A DNA stretch of 63,729 bases, the filler included, from Lenisia limosa (lineage: Eukaryota > Protista > Breviatea): the NCBI GenBank assembly GCA_001655205.1. It is 15 parts of 15 records of this genome, joined end to end, with 100 filler letters (N's around TTAATTAATTAA, not from the genome) between each part and the next. Parts side by side here need not be neighbours in the genome. Positions count along the whole stretch, not along the records: positions 8,488 to 17,133 come from LPNZ01004195.1; positions 17,234 to 23,253 come from LPNZ01004409.1; positions 23,354 to 38,104 come from LPNZ01007861.1; 12 more parts are not named here. One strand, written 5' to 3'. Both the position numbers and the translations under genes were made by a program. Positions 12,339 through 24,004 of this stretch are shown here, in pieces. How positions within the stretch are numbered: position 1 is the stretch's first letter; each line of letters begins with the position of its first letter. The notes below the pieces were generated by a model. It worked only from the letters and a program-made list of their open reading frames with translations. It was not told the DNA's origin and searched no databases.

Positions 12339-12943
12339 AATATGTGATTTATTCATTATTAGTGTTTTAAAGTCAGAGAAGGGGTGGGATCTTTATTGTG
12401 GGGCATTTTGGGTGACAGCGTGTTTTTTATGCTTATTATTATTTTATTTTGTTGGAGAGTTTACATGTTTTCATAGCCTTGGCAATATGTTCTGGAAATA
12501 ATACACTGATCTCGATACGTCCTGACACGGATATTGTGAGTCCATCGTGTCAGGCACTAAAAGATACCTTGGAGTGTTAGAATTTTTCNNNNNNNNNNNN
12601 NNNNNNNNNNNNNNNNNNNNNNNNNNNNNNNNNNNNNNNNNNNNNNNNNNNNNNNNNNNNNNNNNNNNNNNNNNNNNNNNNNNNNNNNNNNNNNNNNNNN
12701 CGTATTAAATCTGGCTTGATAATTTGCTTGAAACGAAATCTAAATATCCAAAATAATACACAGGGTTACCATAACCCAACCACCCGATTTTCCGTTTGTT
12801 GATTCCTCTGTATTTATTTGTTTCTCTAGATTATATTTAGGAGTCTATATGATCCAAAAAAGACTGGTGAAATATTGATATTCATCAAGGATTTATCGAG
12901 AAATTTAGTATTTGAATTCTTGCACAAGAAATTCACGTTTTAG

Positions 12944-15900
12944 GGAAATACGCCGCTGATGGCAGCCGTTTTGAAGGGTGACCGCAAAATGACAGAAGCC
13001 TTGGTCCGCAATGGAGCTGATGCTAACTATCGTAACAATGAAGTATGTTGGGTGTTTGCTGGTAGCAATGAAGTGGGATATTGACATTAGTGCTTCCCTA
13101 CGGTGGTAAAATATCCATATTTCTCGAGGATTAACAAGAAATGTCACCTGTATCATGATCATTTCCAGGTATCAGAGCGGTAAGTCAAATGATTAGGTGG
13201 TTAAATGAAAATTATTATGATCTAATATTTCGTATATGCAGGATGGTGACGCCTTCGGCCAGATACAACCTTATGTCATTTCTCATACATTCTTTTGTGT
13301 TTTGCAACCTGTCACTTCGGTTCAAAAACAGACTGAAAACTATCAATATTTTCTGGACCTTTTCGGACCTAAGTGAAGCAATAAATCTGACACTGCAGCG
13401 CTCAGGCGTTCATTACGGCCGATCATCACTGCATTTGGCCTGTCAAAACGATGACGTCGAATTGGCGTCTGTCTTGTTGCCTTTTTCTGACCCGAATGCT
13501 ACGACCTTCTTTGTAAGCCATGTGTTATAGTAACCCTTGTGTTTTATCAGCCAACAGAGTTGATTTTGAGCTTTTTTTTGTTTCCTGCATTTTCCAATTT
13601 TACATTTGATTTTGGGTTTTTTTTTCTGTTTCATAAATTTTCCAATTTTACCCCCCACCAGGCAAAAAGTCCGCTTTCAATTGCATGTCGCCTCAGCATT
13701 GGAGTTGTCAAGGCCCTTGTTGAACACGGTGCTGATGTCATGCAGGCGTCTTCATCGGTGGGTTTGGCAAAGAATCAGGCTCTTTCATATGTTACTATTA
13801 TTTTACCAGAATATGATATGTTGTATCACAGAAGAATATTGCTAAGAACACGTCATATGCCAAACATTCGGGTCGGAAAAAGGCAACAAGACAGACGCCA
13901 ATTCGACGTCATCGTTTTGACAGGGGTGGAGCATAATCTCCTTGTTTGGCATATGACGTGTTCTTAGCAATATTCTTCTGTGAGCATGGAATGTTCTTGT
14001 AACTCTATGGAATTTGATATGGGCGTGTAACATACAGAAAGATAGTTTTATGATAGGATGCGGTGTTGCAGAAGCGACTGTCCTGAGCTTTGTTTGTTTT
14101 GTTATTATCAACCCTCGCGCGTTGTCAGCCAACAGNNNNNNNNNNNNNNNNNNNNNNNNNNNNNNNNNNNNNNNNNNNNNNNNNNNNNNNNNNNNTGGAG
14201 GTTGTGAAATACTTGGTATCCTTGGGGGCGGCTGAGAGGCCGTTTTATCACGAGGATGACGACCAAGACGACTCGAAAGCCTACCGTTTTAAGAAGAACT
14301 GGGTAAGCAAAGTGGATTTGTGTTGGAAGTAGGGCTTCCCTACGGTCCGAAAAAGACCGCTCAAATATCGATATTTATCGAAGGACTTTTCGAGAAATAC
14401 AATCAAGAGTTCCATTCACGTTTTGTAAAGGAATTTACATTTCAGTTCAATTCATGGACTTTCCATTTCAAGTGTGCGTGTGAGTACGGCCGCATGGATG
14501 TTGCGAAGTACCTGATTCAAAACGACAAAGATGGACATGTAAGTGGTGTTAGTAATGCAAGTGGTGGAGCTTATTTATGAGTGGGTTTTCGAGCAAGAAA
14601 ATACGCTGAATATAATCCAGGAATGTAAATTAATACATTTGGAAATTTCTCTTTCTCCACAATTTTACAGTGAGTTACAGTTCTACAATTATAAATTTTC
14701 CTTCTTGTGTGGGCGGCTTTGGATGACACTTCCAGATTCTCAAGTGCATTACTGGGGAAAACCTAAGACGCTTCGATTTCAGTCCGCTGTATCTTGCCTG
14801 CATTGGAGGCGACGTTGGGCTTGTCAAGTTGCTTTGGGACCTGTTTCCAAGAGTTGGAGGGCGTCAATATTCTTCATCACAATTCCCTTCCTTTGTTTGA
14901 AATACCTTCGTTTTTTTAAAAATTTCCTTCGTTACCCTTCGCGCAACCCCTATTTCATCCAAGCAGCAGCAAGAACTCGACGACTGCCTGCGTGTTGCGT
15001 GCAAACAAGGCCACCTGGACGGCGTGCGGCTGCTGGTGTCTCTGGGGGCCATGCTTGACTCTGTTTGCCGAAAGGTGGGAGGGGGGTATAAGTAGCGTTT
15101 CTATAGTAGATCAAATCATTATCTTGTACCATTCTGATTCTTCCAAAGCTTCATTGGACTTCTTATTTTAACTTATTTGTTGACGGCAATTTAGACAAAC
15201 GATACGCTGCTTCACATTGCAAACACAGGCAAGGTGCTAAGGACATTTGTGACGGTTGGGAGGTTTAAGTTTTCACTTCGAAAAGGTGGCTCATCTAAGA
15301 TCGGGGACTTCTTTAGCGTCCGTAGTTAAACAATGCAAAGGGACAACATAATTAAAAACGAAAGCTAGTGCAAATTGGCGTTTTTAAAAAATTCCACCCC
15401 GTGAAAGGTCGATATGATAGAGTATGCATAGATGTAGAGATGTGGAATAAGGTGTATCTTTACGAAGCCGTCCAAACCATTGAATTATATACATAGCTAC
15501 ATAGTATATGATATAGTATTAATTCGCCCAATCATTTTAATGTTTGTTTTGTTGATTTCAACCCTCATGTGTTGTCAGCCAACAGAGCTGATTTTGGGCT
15601 TTGTTTTGTTCCTAATTTTTCCATTTACTCCCCTTCAGTACCCCGTACGAGATGAAGCAAAGGAACTTGCTCTTTTGGAGTACCTCCTCTCTTCTGGACT
15701 CGATCCAAACGCATTGAATAAGAAGGTGAGTAATAATCGCAGTGACCGCGATAAGTCCGTCCTGACACGGATTTTGAGCTTCACTTTAGTCAATCGTGTC
15801 AGGACTTATCAAATGAGAAATACAATCAGAAGCATGTTTATTTTGTGTTTTTTTTATTTATATTATTTCAAAGTCTTGGTTCGTAAACGAGTTTGTTTTC

Positions 15901-16242
15901 GATTTATCTGTTTTCGTCCCCCCTCACACCCCAGAACCAGACGGCATTGGACTTGGTTCTGTCACGAGGGCGGATAGAACAGGCTAAACTCCTGCTTCTT
16001 TATGGGGCTAGACTGGGGCAGGTTAGGGGGGGGGGGAATGAGACCAATTCTGAGGACTTTTGGGGGAGACCGTGTTTGATTTTTATTATTTGGAGAATTT
16101 GCATGTTTTCATAGCCTTGGCAATATGTTCCATAAACACAACCTTCCCCTTTTCACCGTTTAGAGCCACGCGAATTCCCCTCGAGGTTCAACAGGTTTGG
16201 ATGGAGGCATTTGAGGCATTCACACCCCAGGTTTTTTGCTGA
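12944..16242 (+). CDS. Ankyrin-repeat protein, about 11 exons, 5' end in gap
   Basis: Exons GNTPLMAAVLKGDRKMTEALVRNGADAN, SSLHLACQNDDVELASVLL, SPLSIACRLSIGVVKALVEHGADV, SPLYLACIGGDVGLVKLL, VACKQGHLDGVRLLVSLGA and QTALDLVLSRGRIEQAKLLLLYGA. Confidence 0.9.
13541..13661 (+). repeat. Family B copy ending at a 3' splice site (ankyrin gene)
   Basis: Fills most of intron 13513-13661; ends ttttaccccccacCAG. Confidence 0.9.
13826..13983. repeat. 41-bp perfect inverted repeat enclosing an antisense copy of 60 bp of the upstream exon
   Basis: Arms 13826-13866 and 13943-13983; 13865-13924 is the reverse complement of 13439-13498 with 1 mismatch. Confidence 0.92.
14052..14135 (+). repeat. Family B copy, 3' end in gap
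   Basis: ggatgcggtgttgcagaagcgact...gttgtcagccaacag, followed by N and then an ankyrin exon. Confidence 0.85.
15540..15638 (+). repeat. Family B copy ending at a 3' splice site (ankyrin gene)
   Basis: Ends ccatttactccccttCAG|TACCCC. Confidence 0.9.
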
Positions 16243-17082
16243 ATATATATTAATTCGGTGTGTATATTGGGATTTCTTCTCGTTCAAATAGTCGAAATTT
16301 AATTCCCATGATAAATATCTATTGTATGGACTGTTTGAGTCTGTTTTGTATTATTTCACTATTTTCTAACAATTAATTGGCGATCAATGTGGAAGCTTTT
16401 ATACTCTGTCTGTTTACAATTTCAGCTCTGCAGACCCAATTAGGGGAAAATCGCCAAATGTTCCTGGGGCTTCATTTGGATAATTATGGTTGTTAGTATG
16501 TGAGGTGTGATTCCCTTTAATTTTGTTTTGTTATGGGTTTAGTTATTTTCTGTTTCGTTTTCTGATTTGATGTGTGTGACAATGATGCAATGTTTTCTTC
16601 TGGCAAAGACACGTCCATTTCCATGTTTTTTTCGGAGAGAGGAGGAGAGAGAGAAAGAGAGAGAGAGAAAATGGGCATTATACACTGACTGGGCTGACAG
16701 GATTAACGATAAAGCACAATATCGTGTCAAAACTTATCACAGCCAGAGTACAATACAAAGACCGTGATCACCTGAGGTCTAAGCTAAAACTATGGCATTA
16801 TTGAACATGTGGGTGTGCCATCTAAAGAGTTGAAAGGGTATCCGCCGAAGCAGTTAATATATAAGATATAAAAATATATTGGATAAGAAAAGAAACATGG
16901 GATTAGAAGGCATATTGGTTGTCTTCAACGGCGAAAGCGATAACCGAAGATGCCATTTGACCTAAGCCTCGGAAGATCAAACTGTTATCGGCGGTTGAGA
17001 CACCCTAAATAATGAGATTACGCTATCATGCGAACGTATTTCCCAAACTGTTTTAATTATTCAATCTACAATACTCAACATA

Positions 17083-17133
17083 ACCTCACTTCTACATCCC
17101 CACCTCACTTCTACATCCCCATCTCACTTCTAC
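17083..17133. repeat. 19-bp tandem repeat running into a gap
   Basis: ctcacttctacatcccca(c/t) x2.6. Confidence 0.85.
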
Positions 17134-17247
17134 NNNNNNNNNNNNNNNNNNNNNNNNNNNNNNNNNNNNNNNNNNNNTTAATTAATTAANNNNNNNNNNN
17201 NNNNNNNNNNNNNNNNNNNNNNNNNNNNNNNNNCCCCCCCCCCCCAG

Positions 17248-19338
17248 GCATCAGGAATGCCTCTCGACGAATATGCTAAAAAGTTCCACCTGCCGCAGCT
17301 CATTCTCACCGAAGGTATTGACTTTGCTCTTTATAAATTCAGTCTGTGTTGAACTAACACAAATTCACCCATTTAGAAGGAGGGATCAGGTGGAGAGGTT
17401 GCACAAAAACATCGCTGCCTTGCTTTGTTCGCCTTCAGAGCAACACTCTTGGTCTCAACACTCCTCCCTGTTGCCATCTTCACATGCTTGAAATGCTCCA
17501 TTCGTTTGACGATGTGGGGATGGGGAAGGACACACTGGTATTATATTTCCAGCTTAAAAAGAGTATTCTTATTCGAACATGATATGTCGAAATCAAATCA
17601 GGAATGTAAGTATAATTTTATGAATTGGCCTTTTGTAAAACAAAATCTTATCTTTCAGTTGCTCACATCTTTGGGTGTTGCCCATTGGGCGGATTCAGAG
17701 ACTCTTCTGGGTGCAGTGAGACACATGGGAGGACTTATCCCTTGGTAAGTGGAGGGGGGTGGGTAACTAACTGATCTTTTAGTACCAAGTGATACCTCAC
17801 CTTGTGGTTATATCTTGAGCCTCACTTTCGTTTCCAAAAAAGACTCTTTTCTCGATAAATCCTAATCGATATTTTACAGGTGTTTAGGAACCAAAAAGTG
17901 AAGCTCTGGTTATATCTCTTACGTATCCAGGGAGACCGGCTGTGACATTGGAATGTTCATTGTAGACAGTCCCGACAAGCTCATCGACGAAAACCACGAA
18001 ATTGTTTTGGCTATTCGCAACCGTGAGTGGTGAACTAGAACTGAGTATCAGAGAAATATTGTTTTTAATATTAGTATTTGATTTTTTTTTTTTTTTACTA
18101 TTTAGACTGTGAAGAAACTGGCCTTACTCTTCTCTGCCCCGAACCCGGCCATTTCCAGATTCTCTACGCAACCACACCCTCGTAAGCTTTTAGTTCTCAG
18201 CTCCCTTTTGCATTACCACCGCATCCTTTATAGCTGTAGTTAGGGCTTCCCTACGATCCCAAAAAAAGACTAATTTCTCGATAAATTCTCAAAACTACTG
18301 ATATTTTTATGGTCTTTTTCGAACCAAAGTGAAGCCGTAGTTGTAGTCGATGAACGGTTAATATCATAATGAATACCTGCAATTTTATGTTTTAGTTGGC
18401 CATTCGCCCCCGAAATCTTCCGTAATGAAGTTGGAAGAGCTGTCAAACTCTCAATAACCCAGGTTAGTATGGACGTACTATGCTATTCTTTCCTCAACTT
18501 CCATATTAATTAGTGGAGTCGGCTCTCTTCTGGAACATGTTCTCATTATTATTATTGTTCATACCATACACGCTGTTGAGGCCATGTAATTACTTACCTA
18601 CCAGTATATGACTTCAACTGTCGGTAACTCAGTTCTCCTGGTATGATGGTTACAGTAATGCGGCTTTTCTTTGGCCGACTTTGGAGTTTCACATTCTGAC
18701 TTCGATTATTCACCATGGATACTTCCTTTCTTACCCCCCACCCCATCAAAGGCTGGCTCGGGCACTATTCTTCATCGNNNNNNNNNNNNNNNNNNNNNNN
18801 NNNNNNNNNNNNNNNNNNNNNNNNNNNNNNNNNNNNNNNNNNNNNNNNNNNNNNNNNNNNNNNNNNNNNNNNNNNNNNNNNNNNNNNNNNNNNNNNNNNN
18901 NNNNNNNNNNNNNNNNNNNCGGTGACGTGGCCATGCCGTGTTCCACAATCCAGCTCGGAGGCAGACATGTCCGTAACACTCTCTCCTCATAGTCACCTTC
19001 GCCACCATCTTCTCTATCGGCTTTTTCTGTTCATTCTCTTGAGCACTGTCTTCATCTCACTACCATCAAATCAGCGATGCGCTCCTTTGTTTTGTTTTTT
19101 TGTATTTTTTTATTTTGCAATATTTCTCTCGAGATTTCGGGTACAAAACCGATANNNNNNNNNNNNNNNNNNNNNNNNNNNNNNNNNNNNNNNNNNNNNN
19201 NNNNNNNNNNNNNNNNNNNNNNNNNNNNNNNNNNNNNNNNNCGGCAAGGAATGGCATAAAACGGAATACACCTATTTCACCTCTCCATTTGTCAGAGCAA
19301 AACGCAGAGAAGCTGACGAAAAGTTCGTGGATTTGTAA
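17248..19338 (+). CDS. LicD/fukutin/FKRP-family nucleotidyltransferase-fold protein with degenerate motifs, 5' truncated
   Basis: Splicing 17744/17931 gives SETLLGAVRHMGGLIPWETGCDIGM (canonical GTLLGAxRH..IPWDxDxD); the last exon has (Y)GKEW. Confidence 0.75.
17815..17908. mobile_element. Family A hAT-type MITE in a LicD intron
   Basis: Perfect 8-bp TSD gttatatc. Confidence 0.85.
18241..18339. mobile_element. Family A hAT-type MITE
   Basis: TSD gctgtagt/gttgtagt. Confidence 0.85.
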
Positions 19339-20081
19339 TTCTGCTTTGTGTATTATGTTGTGCAACTCATCAATATTCATTAAACGACCCTTACCCCCGC
19401 CCTCAGGTGGGCCTCAAAGCTGTCCTAATAAGCTATGGTTTCTATTATTAATAAAACTTTAATTTACCTCGATTTTGATTTGAACTTGGGGGTTAGTTGG
19501 ATGGGGATTGCACTAAAATTCATGTTCTAGCATTTGAGTTGAAATTATTGTGCACAGGTCAGTCAGGACATACAAGGAAGCTGACATTTGAAATTCCATT
19601 AATGCATCTTTAATTGTGTTTAAAGACCCACATGGAGAATAGGGTGTGTCATTCAGAGATACATGGGAAAGTTGAAAAGATCAGTCTGCTTCAGATGACT
19701 TCCTAAGTCTAATCGCTACATATTGTACACGTGCGCAAGTTATTTGTTTGATTATTTGACAAATGACGCCTCAAATTCTTGATTATTGCATTGTGAGATT
19801 TCCTCCTGCAACTTCTTTGTTATAATTAATTGTTGTTAGCATGTTAGCATGGTTGAAAAGAATAAAGGGGCACTGTAGAGGCCAGTGGGAGCGCCAAATT
19901 TGTTTTTTGAAATAAAAAAGTGATCTTTGATCAGATTGAACTGAACTGGGGTCACCTAGTATCTCGCCCTCTTTTCACGTATTTTTTTTTACAAAAAACG
20001 GTTATCTTGGAGCAGGTGAGGGTGTTTGCATTATTATCATTATGTAATATGGAATAATTCTCTCTTCTTCATTTTCCCAGA

Positions 20082-20511
<430 letters not shown>

Positions 20512-22670
20512 GTTATTTGTACCCTATATTTAGTTCCAATGAAGTGATCATTGTTGATGTATTCCTTGCCCAAACGAAGTTCTGTGTTTGTGTTGGGACT
20601 GTGCGAGACCATATATGAGATAAAACAATATTCAGCGGGGAATTGAACAAGGTTAACAAATGCTTCAATCGATGTATGACTGATCTCCCTAATCTAAGCT
20701 GCCGCATAGCTAGTACCACTGTTTTCTTTTTCTTCCTTCCCTCCATTCCCTCGGTTTTGTTTTATTTTCATCATTGGCGAAGATAGATAGGAAAAAGGGG
20801 GATTACATCCATAAAAGCGAACAAACACCAGCTCAACTCAAGCTGATCAGCTTGGCACCAGGTAACCACCCAACTGGAATAAGACACTATAGGTTGGTGT
20901 CTTCATGTTTCTGATAGTTCCTATGATGATGGTTGGTATGATGAAGGTTGTGTTTTGCTTCGAAAGAGCAGAATTGGGAGACTTAGCGTTTGATTTCATA
21001 AATATAACAACTACAGCATTTTAAATAGCAACGACTGAGTCCGTGACTCTCTTAACTTATCCACACCCTTTGTGTAACGAGCTTGGATCTTGGTGATAAT
21101 CACAGACAGTAGCACCCGATATTGGAATGTCGAGTCCCCCAAAACCGCCCGTCCAGAAGCCACAGAAACCGGTTCCACCCCACCTTGCCATGCTTGGCGG
21201 TAGAAGTAGGCTTTATTTTATTGCAATTTCGATTTGAAGAGAAGAATTTTACATGACTTATCATAGTATGAACTTTTTTCCATTATTACTCTCTTTATAC
21301 TTTAATGTAAAATAAGTTTGTACAGGCACGCAGAAAGCTCTGTGTGCAGAGTTGGAAAGCATATAATTGGGTGAATTATTGTTTTACAGTAAAGTCTCTA
21401 TTGAAACTAGGATCATATTCTACATAATCCAAACTCTTATAAGCGTGACGGTGTGGATGGCTTCAACCAGCCACCTTATTTATTTTCATTCCCGCAAAAG
21501 AGAATTGGGGTGCAGAAGTTGATGTTATTCAATACTAGAAACTTGTAAAATGGGAAGTATTTCATTGGTCAATTTATCATAATAGAAATAGAGGTACTAT
21601 TTTCATTCTTTTTATTCATTCATGAAATGTTGTTGGCAGTTGAATCAGGTCAAATAACTATAAAAGAAGAACCAAAAGCAAGGAAATATAAAAATGAAGC
21701 AAGGGAATATAAAAAGAAGAACCAAAGCAAGGGAATATCTTGCTGAATTCAACCGTAATGGTTATCATCTAGCGCATCCGGACCCAACGCAAATCTGGCC
21801 CACAGCGGATCTTGTCCGTATAAATAACCTCAAGTCTGAAGCCCCTATCCAGCCAAGGGCACCGGCTGGCTCGAAGCCGGTCAAAACGGACTTGTTGGAA
21901 ATGGTGGGGGGGGGGGGNNNNNNNNNNNNNNNNNNNNNNNNNNNNNNNNNNNNNNNNNNNNNNNNNNNNNNNNNNNNNNNNNNNNNNNNNNNNNNNNNGC
22001 CGAATAATAAAAATATTCATGTATAATTGATTCGGATGGTGTGCGACTTGGATAGAAAAGATCTAGGATGGTATCAAAGTATCCTCAGCCTATTAACAAA
22101 CTAAATAGGTGCATTGCCCGGCATTGCTTAAGTGAACGATGGGTTGTGACTGGGTAGAAAATATCTCACCTGTTCTAAAGATTCAGTCCCAAGCCCATCC
22201 CTCGCAATACCCGCAAACCCAGCCACCCTGCCCCGAGACCCTTAGGAAGTACTTAAAGTCATTGCATCAATCCGTGGTAGGCGGAGTCACATGAAAGGGG
22301 GGGACGGAAAGAACAAACAAGGGTAAAACAACACCAGTTCCGAATGACTTAACCCTCTAGGTGAACCCGAAGAAGCGAGCACGATATTAAAGCTCTTCTT
22401 TTCCTTTCTTGTGAATGTGTGATTCAGTAGAAGTGTACTTTTTCTTCAGTCGTTGCGTTGGTTCTAGGGTAATAATATTAATTTATCCCCTAGGTTTGTG
22501 CTCTATAATATCAACTCCAAGCACCCCACCCAACTATAGATCAATATGAGTGACAAATGTACTGTTTCATGAAACAGATCGAGTGATGAGAGGGTATTAT
22601 TGTTAACAGAATTCCTCTACCGTGAAATTCATAAAAGCATGCATAACAAGTAACAGGATAACGAACTACC

Positions 22671-23083
22671 AGATGTTCTCGAGCAGCTTGTTCATCTCGT
22701 GGTAGAGGCGGTGGAGAGCAATGGTCAACTCATCACCAGTCACAGTACTCATGTCTTCCTTAGGCTTCTCAAGGGTTTCCTTGGACTAGAGTGTGACACC
22801 AATAAAGCCAACAAACTTGTTTTTTTTTATTTCTCATTGCTATAAGGGGGGTAAATATATATTTTTANNNNNNNNNNNNNNNNNNNNNNNNNNNNNNNNN
22901 NNNNNNNNNNNNNNNNNNNNNNNNNNNNNNNNNNNNNNNNNNNNNNNNNNNNNNNNNNNNNATGCCAACATACTGCCCGGCGGTGAACATGAGGGCCTTG
23001 ATGACAAGGAGGAAGTTGTAGAGTCTTCTCCACACCTCAGGGCTGAACAGACCGTTGTTCTTGATCATCGCCTGGAAGGTCAT
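22671..23083 (-). CDS. Unknown protein fragment with strongly biased codon usage
   Basis: Exons MTFQAMIKNNGLFSPEVWRRLYNFLL and SKETLEKPKEDMSTVTGDELTIALHRLYHEMNKLLENI use C/G-ending codons, as LC8 does. Confidence 0.4.
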
Positions 23084-23353
23084 TCTTCTCTATATCACCC
23101 AATCACCCTGCTAACACTGTTGCAAGTCGCAAGGTAACTGTATGCCCATTTATTTAAGTTGGTAATTGATATCATATGATCAATTATCAATCTGAATAGT
23201 TTCCAATACATGATAGGAGTGCCAGGAGTGACAGGTGTGGACCCCCCCCCCCCNNNNNNNNNNNNNNNNNNNNNNNNNNNNNNNNNNNNNNNNNNNNTTA
23301 ATTAATTAANNNNNNNNNNNNNNNNNNNNNNNNNNNNNNNNNNNNNNNNNNNN

Positions 23354-23876
23354 AGGAAGATTCTGACTGTGTCTACACCAAGCCCTGCTGGTCTGAGTGC
23401 CGTAAGTGCTTCGTAAGCGGGGTGCCACTTTATTGTGGTTCATTGCACACTCTTTATATACCCGGATCTCTTTGTAACCAAGACCACTTTCTATCATTTT
23501 CTAATTTTCTTTGAATATTCACCAGCATTGTTTACTANNNNNNNNNNNNNNNNNNNNNNNNNNNNNNNNNNNNNNNNNNNNNNNNNNNNNNNNNNNNNNN
23601 NNNNNNNNNNNNNNNNNNNNNNNNNNNNNNNNNNNNNNNNNNNNNNNNNNNNNNNNNNNNNNNNNNNNNNNNNNNNNNNNNNNNNNNNNNNNNNNNNTTG
23701 GCTAAAACCTGAATTTCCTCCAACCACGGCCCATGACCACCCAGACTGCCGACCAATGCCAGCCTAAGGTGAGCCAAGGCACCTACGCCGCCAAGGACGA
23801 CGACAAGTGCTACGTGTCTCCCGCCGCCGTCGTGGTCCCCGCCCTTGCCCTCGCCGTTCTGGCTGCCCTCTTCTAG
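23354..23876 (+). CDS. C-terminus of a Cys-rich, probably GPI-anchored surface protein
   Basis: Exon EDSDCVYTKPCWSEC|GTAAG and last exon TADQCQPK...DKCYVSPAAVVVPALALAVLAALF* (small residues followed by a terminal hydrophobic tail). Confidence 0.6.
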
Positions 23877-24004
23877 TTGCTGTATTTTATATTGACCGTT
23901 TAAATTTATACATTATTGTTGTATCACAGTTGGTAGCCTTACACACCATATATCAACCTTGAAATCAGAAACACAATAACTTAAAACACAGACTCACTAC
24001 AAAT

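Noticed and set aside
11899-12356. Minus-strand gene (ORFs 11899-12135 and 12165-12356)
   Set aside because: The required minus-strand intron is A-rich and lacks a pyrimidine tract; the splice signals favour the + strand.
13513-13661. Family B as a classical whole-intron introner
   Set aside because: The donor-side sequences of B-containing introns (13513, 39730, 15233, 47274) are unrelated; only the 3' part is shared.
20780-21260. Possible small gene downstream of LC8
   Set aside because: No consistent frame, strand or motif could be built.
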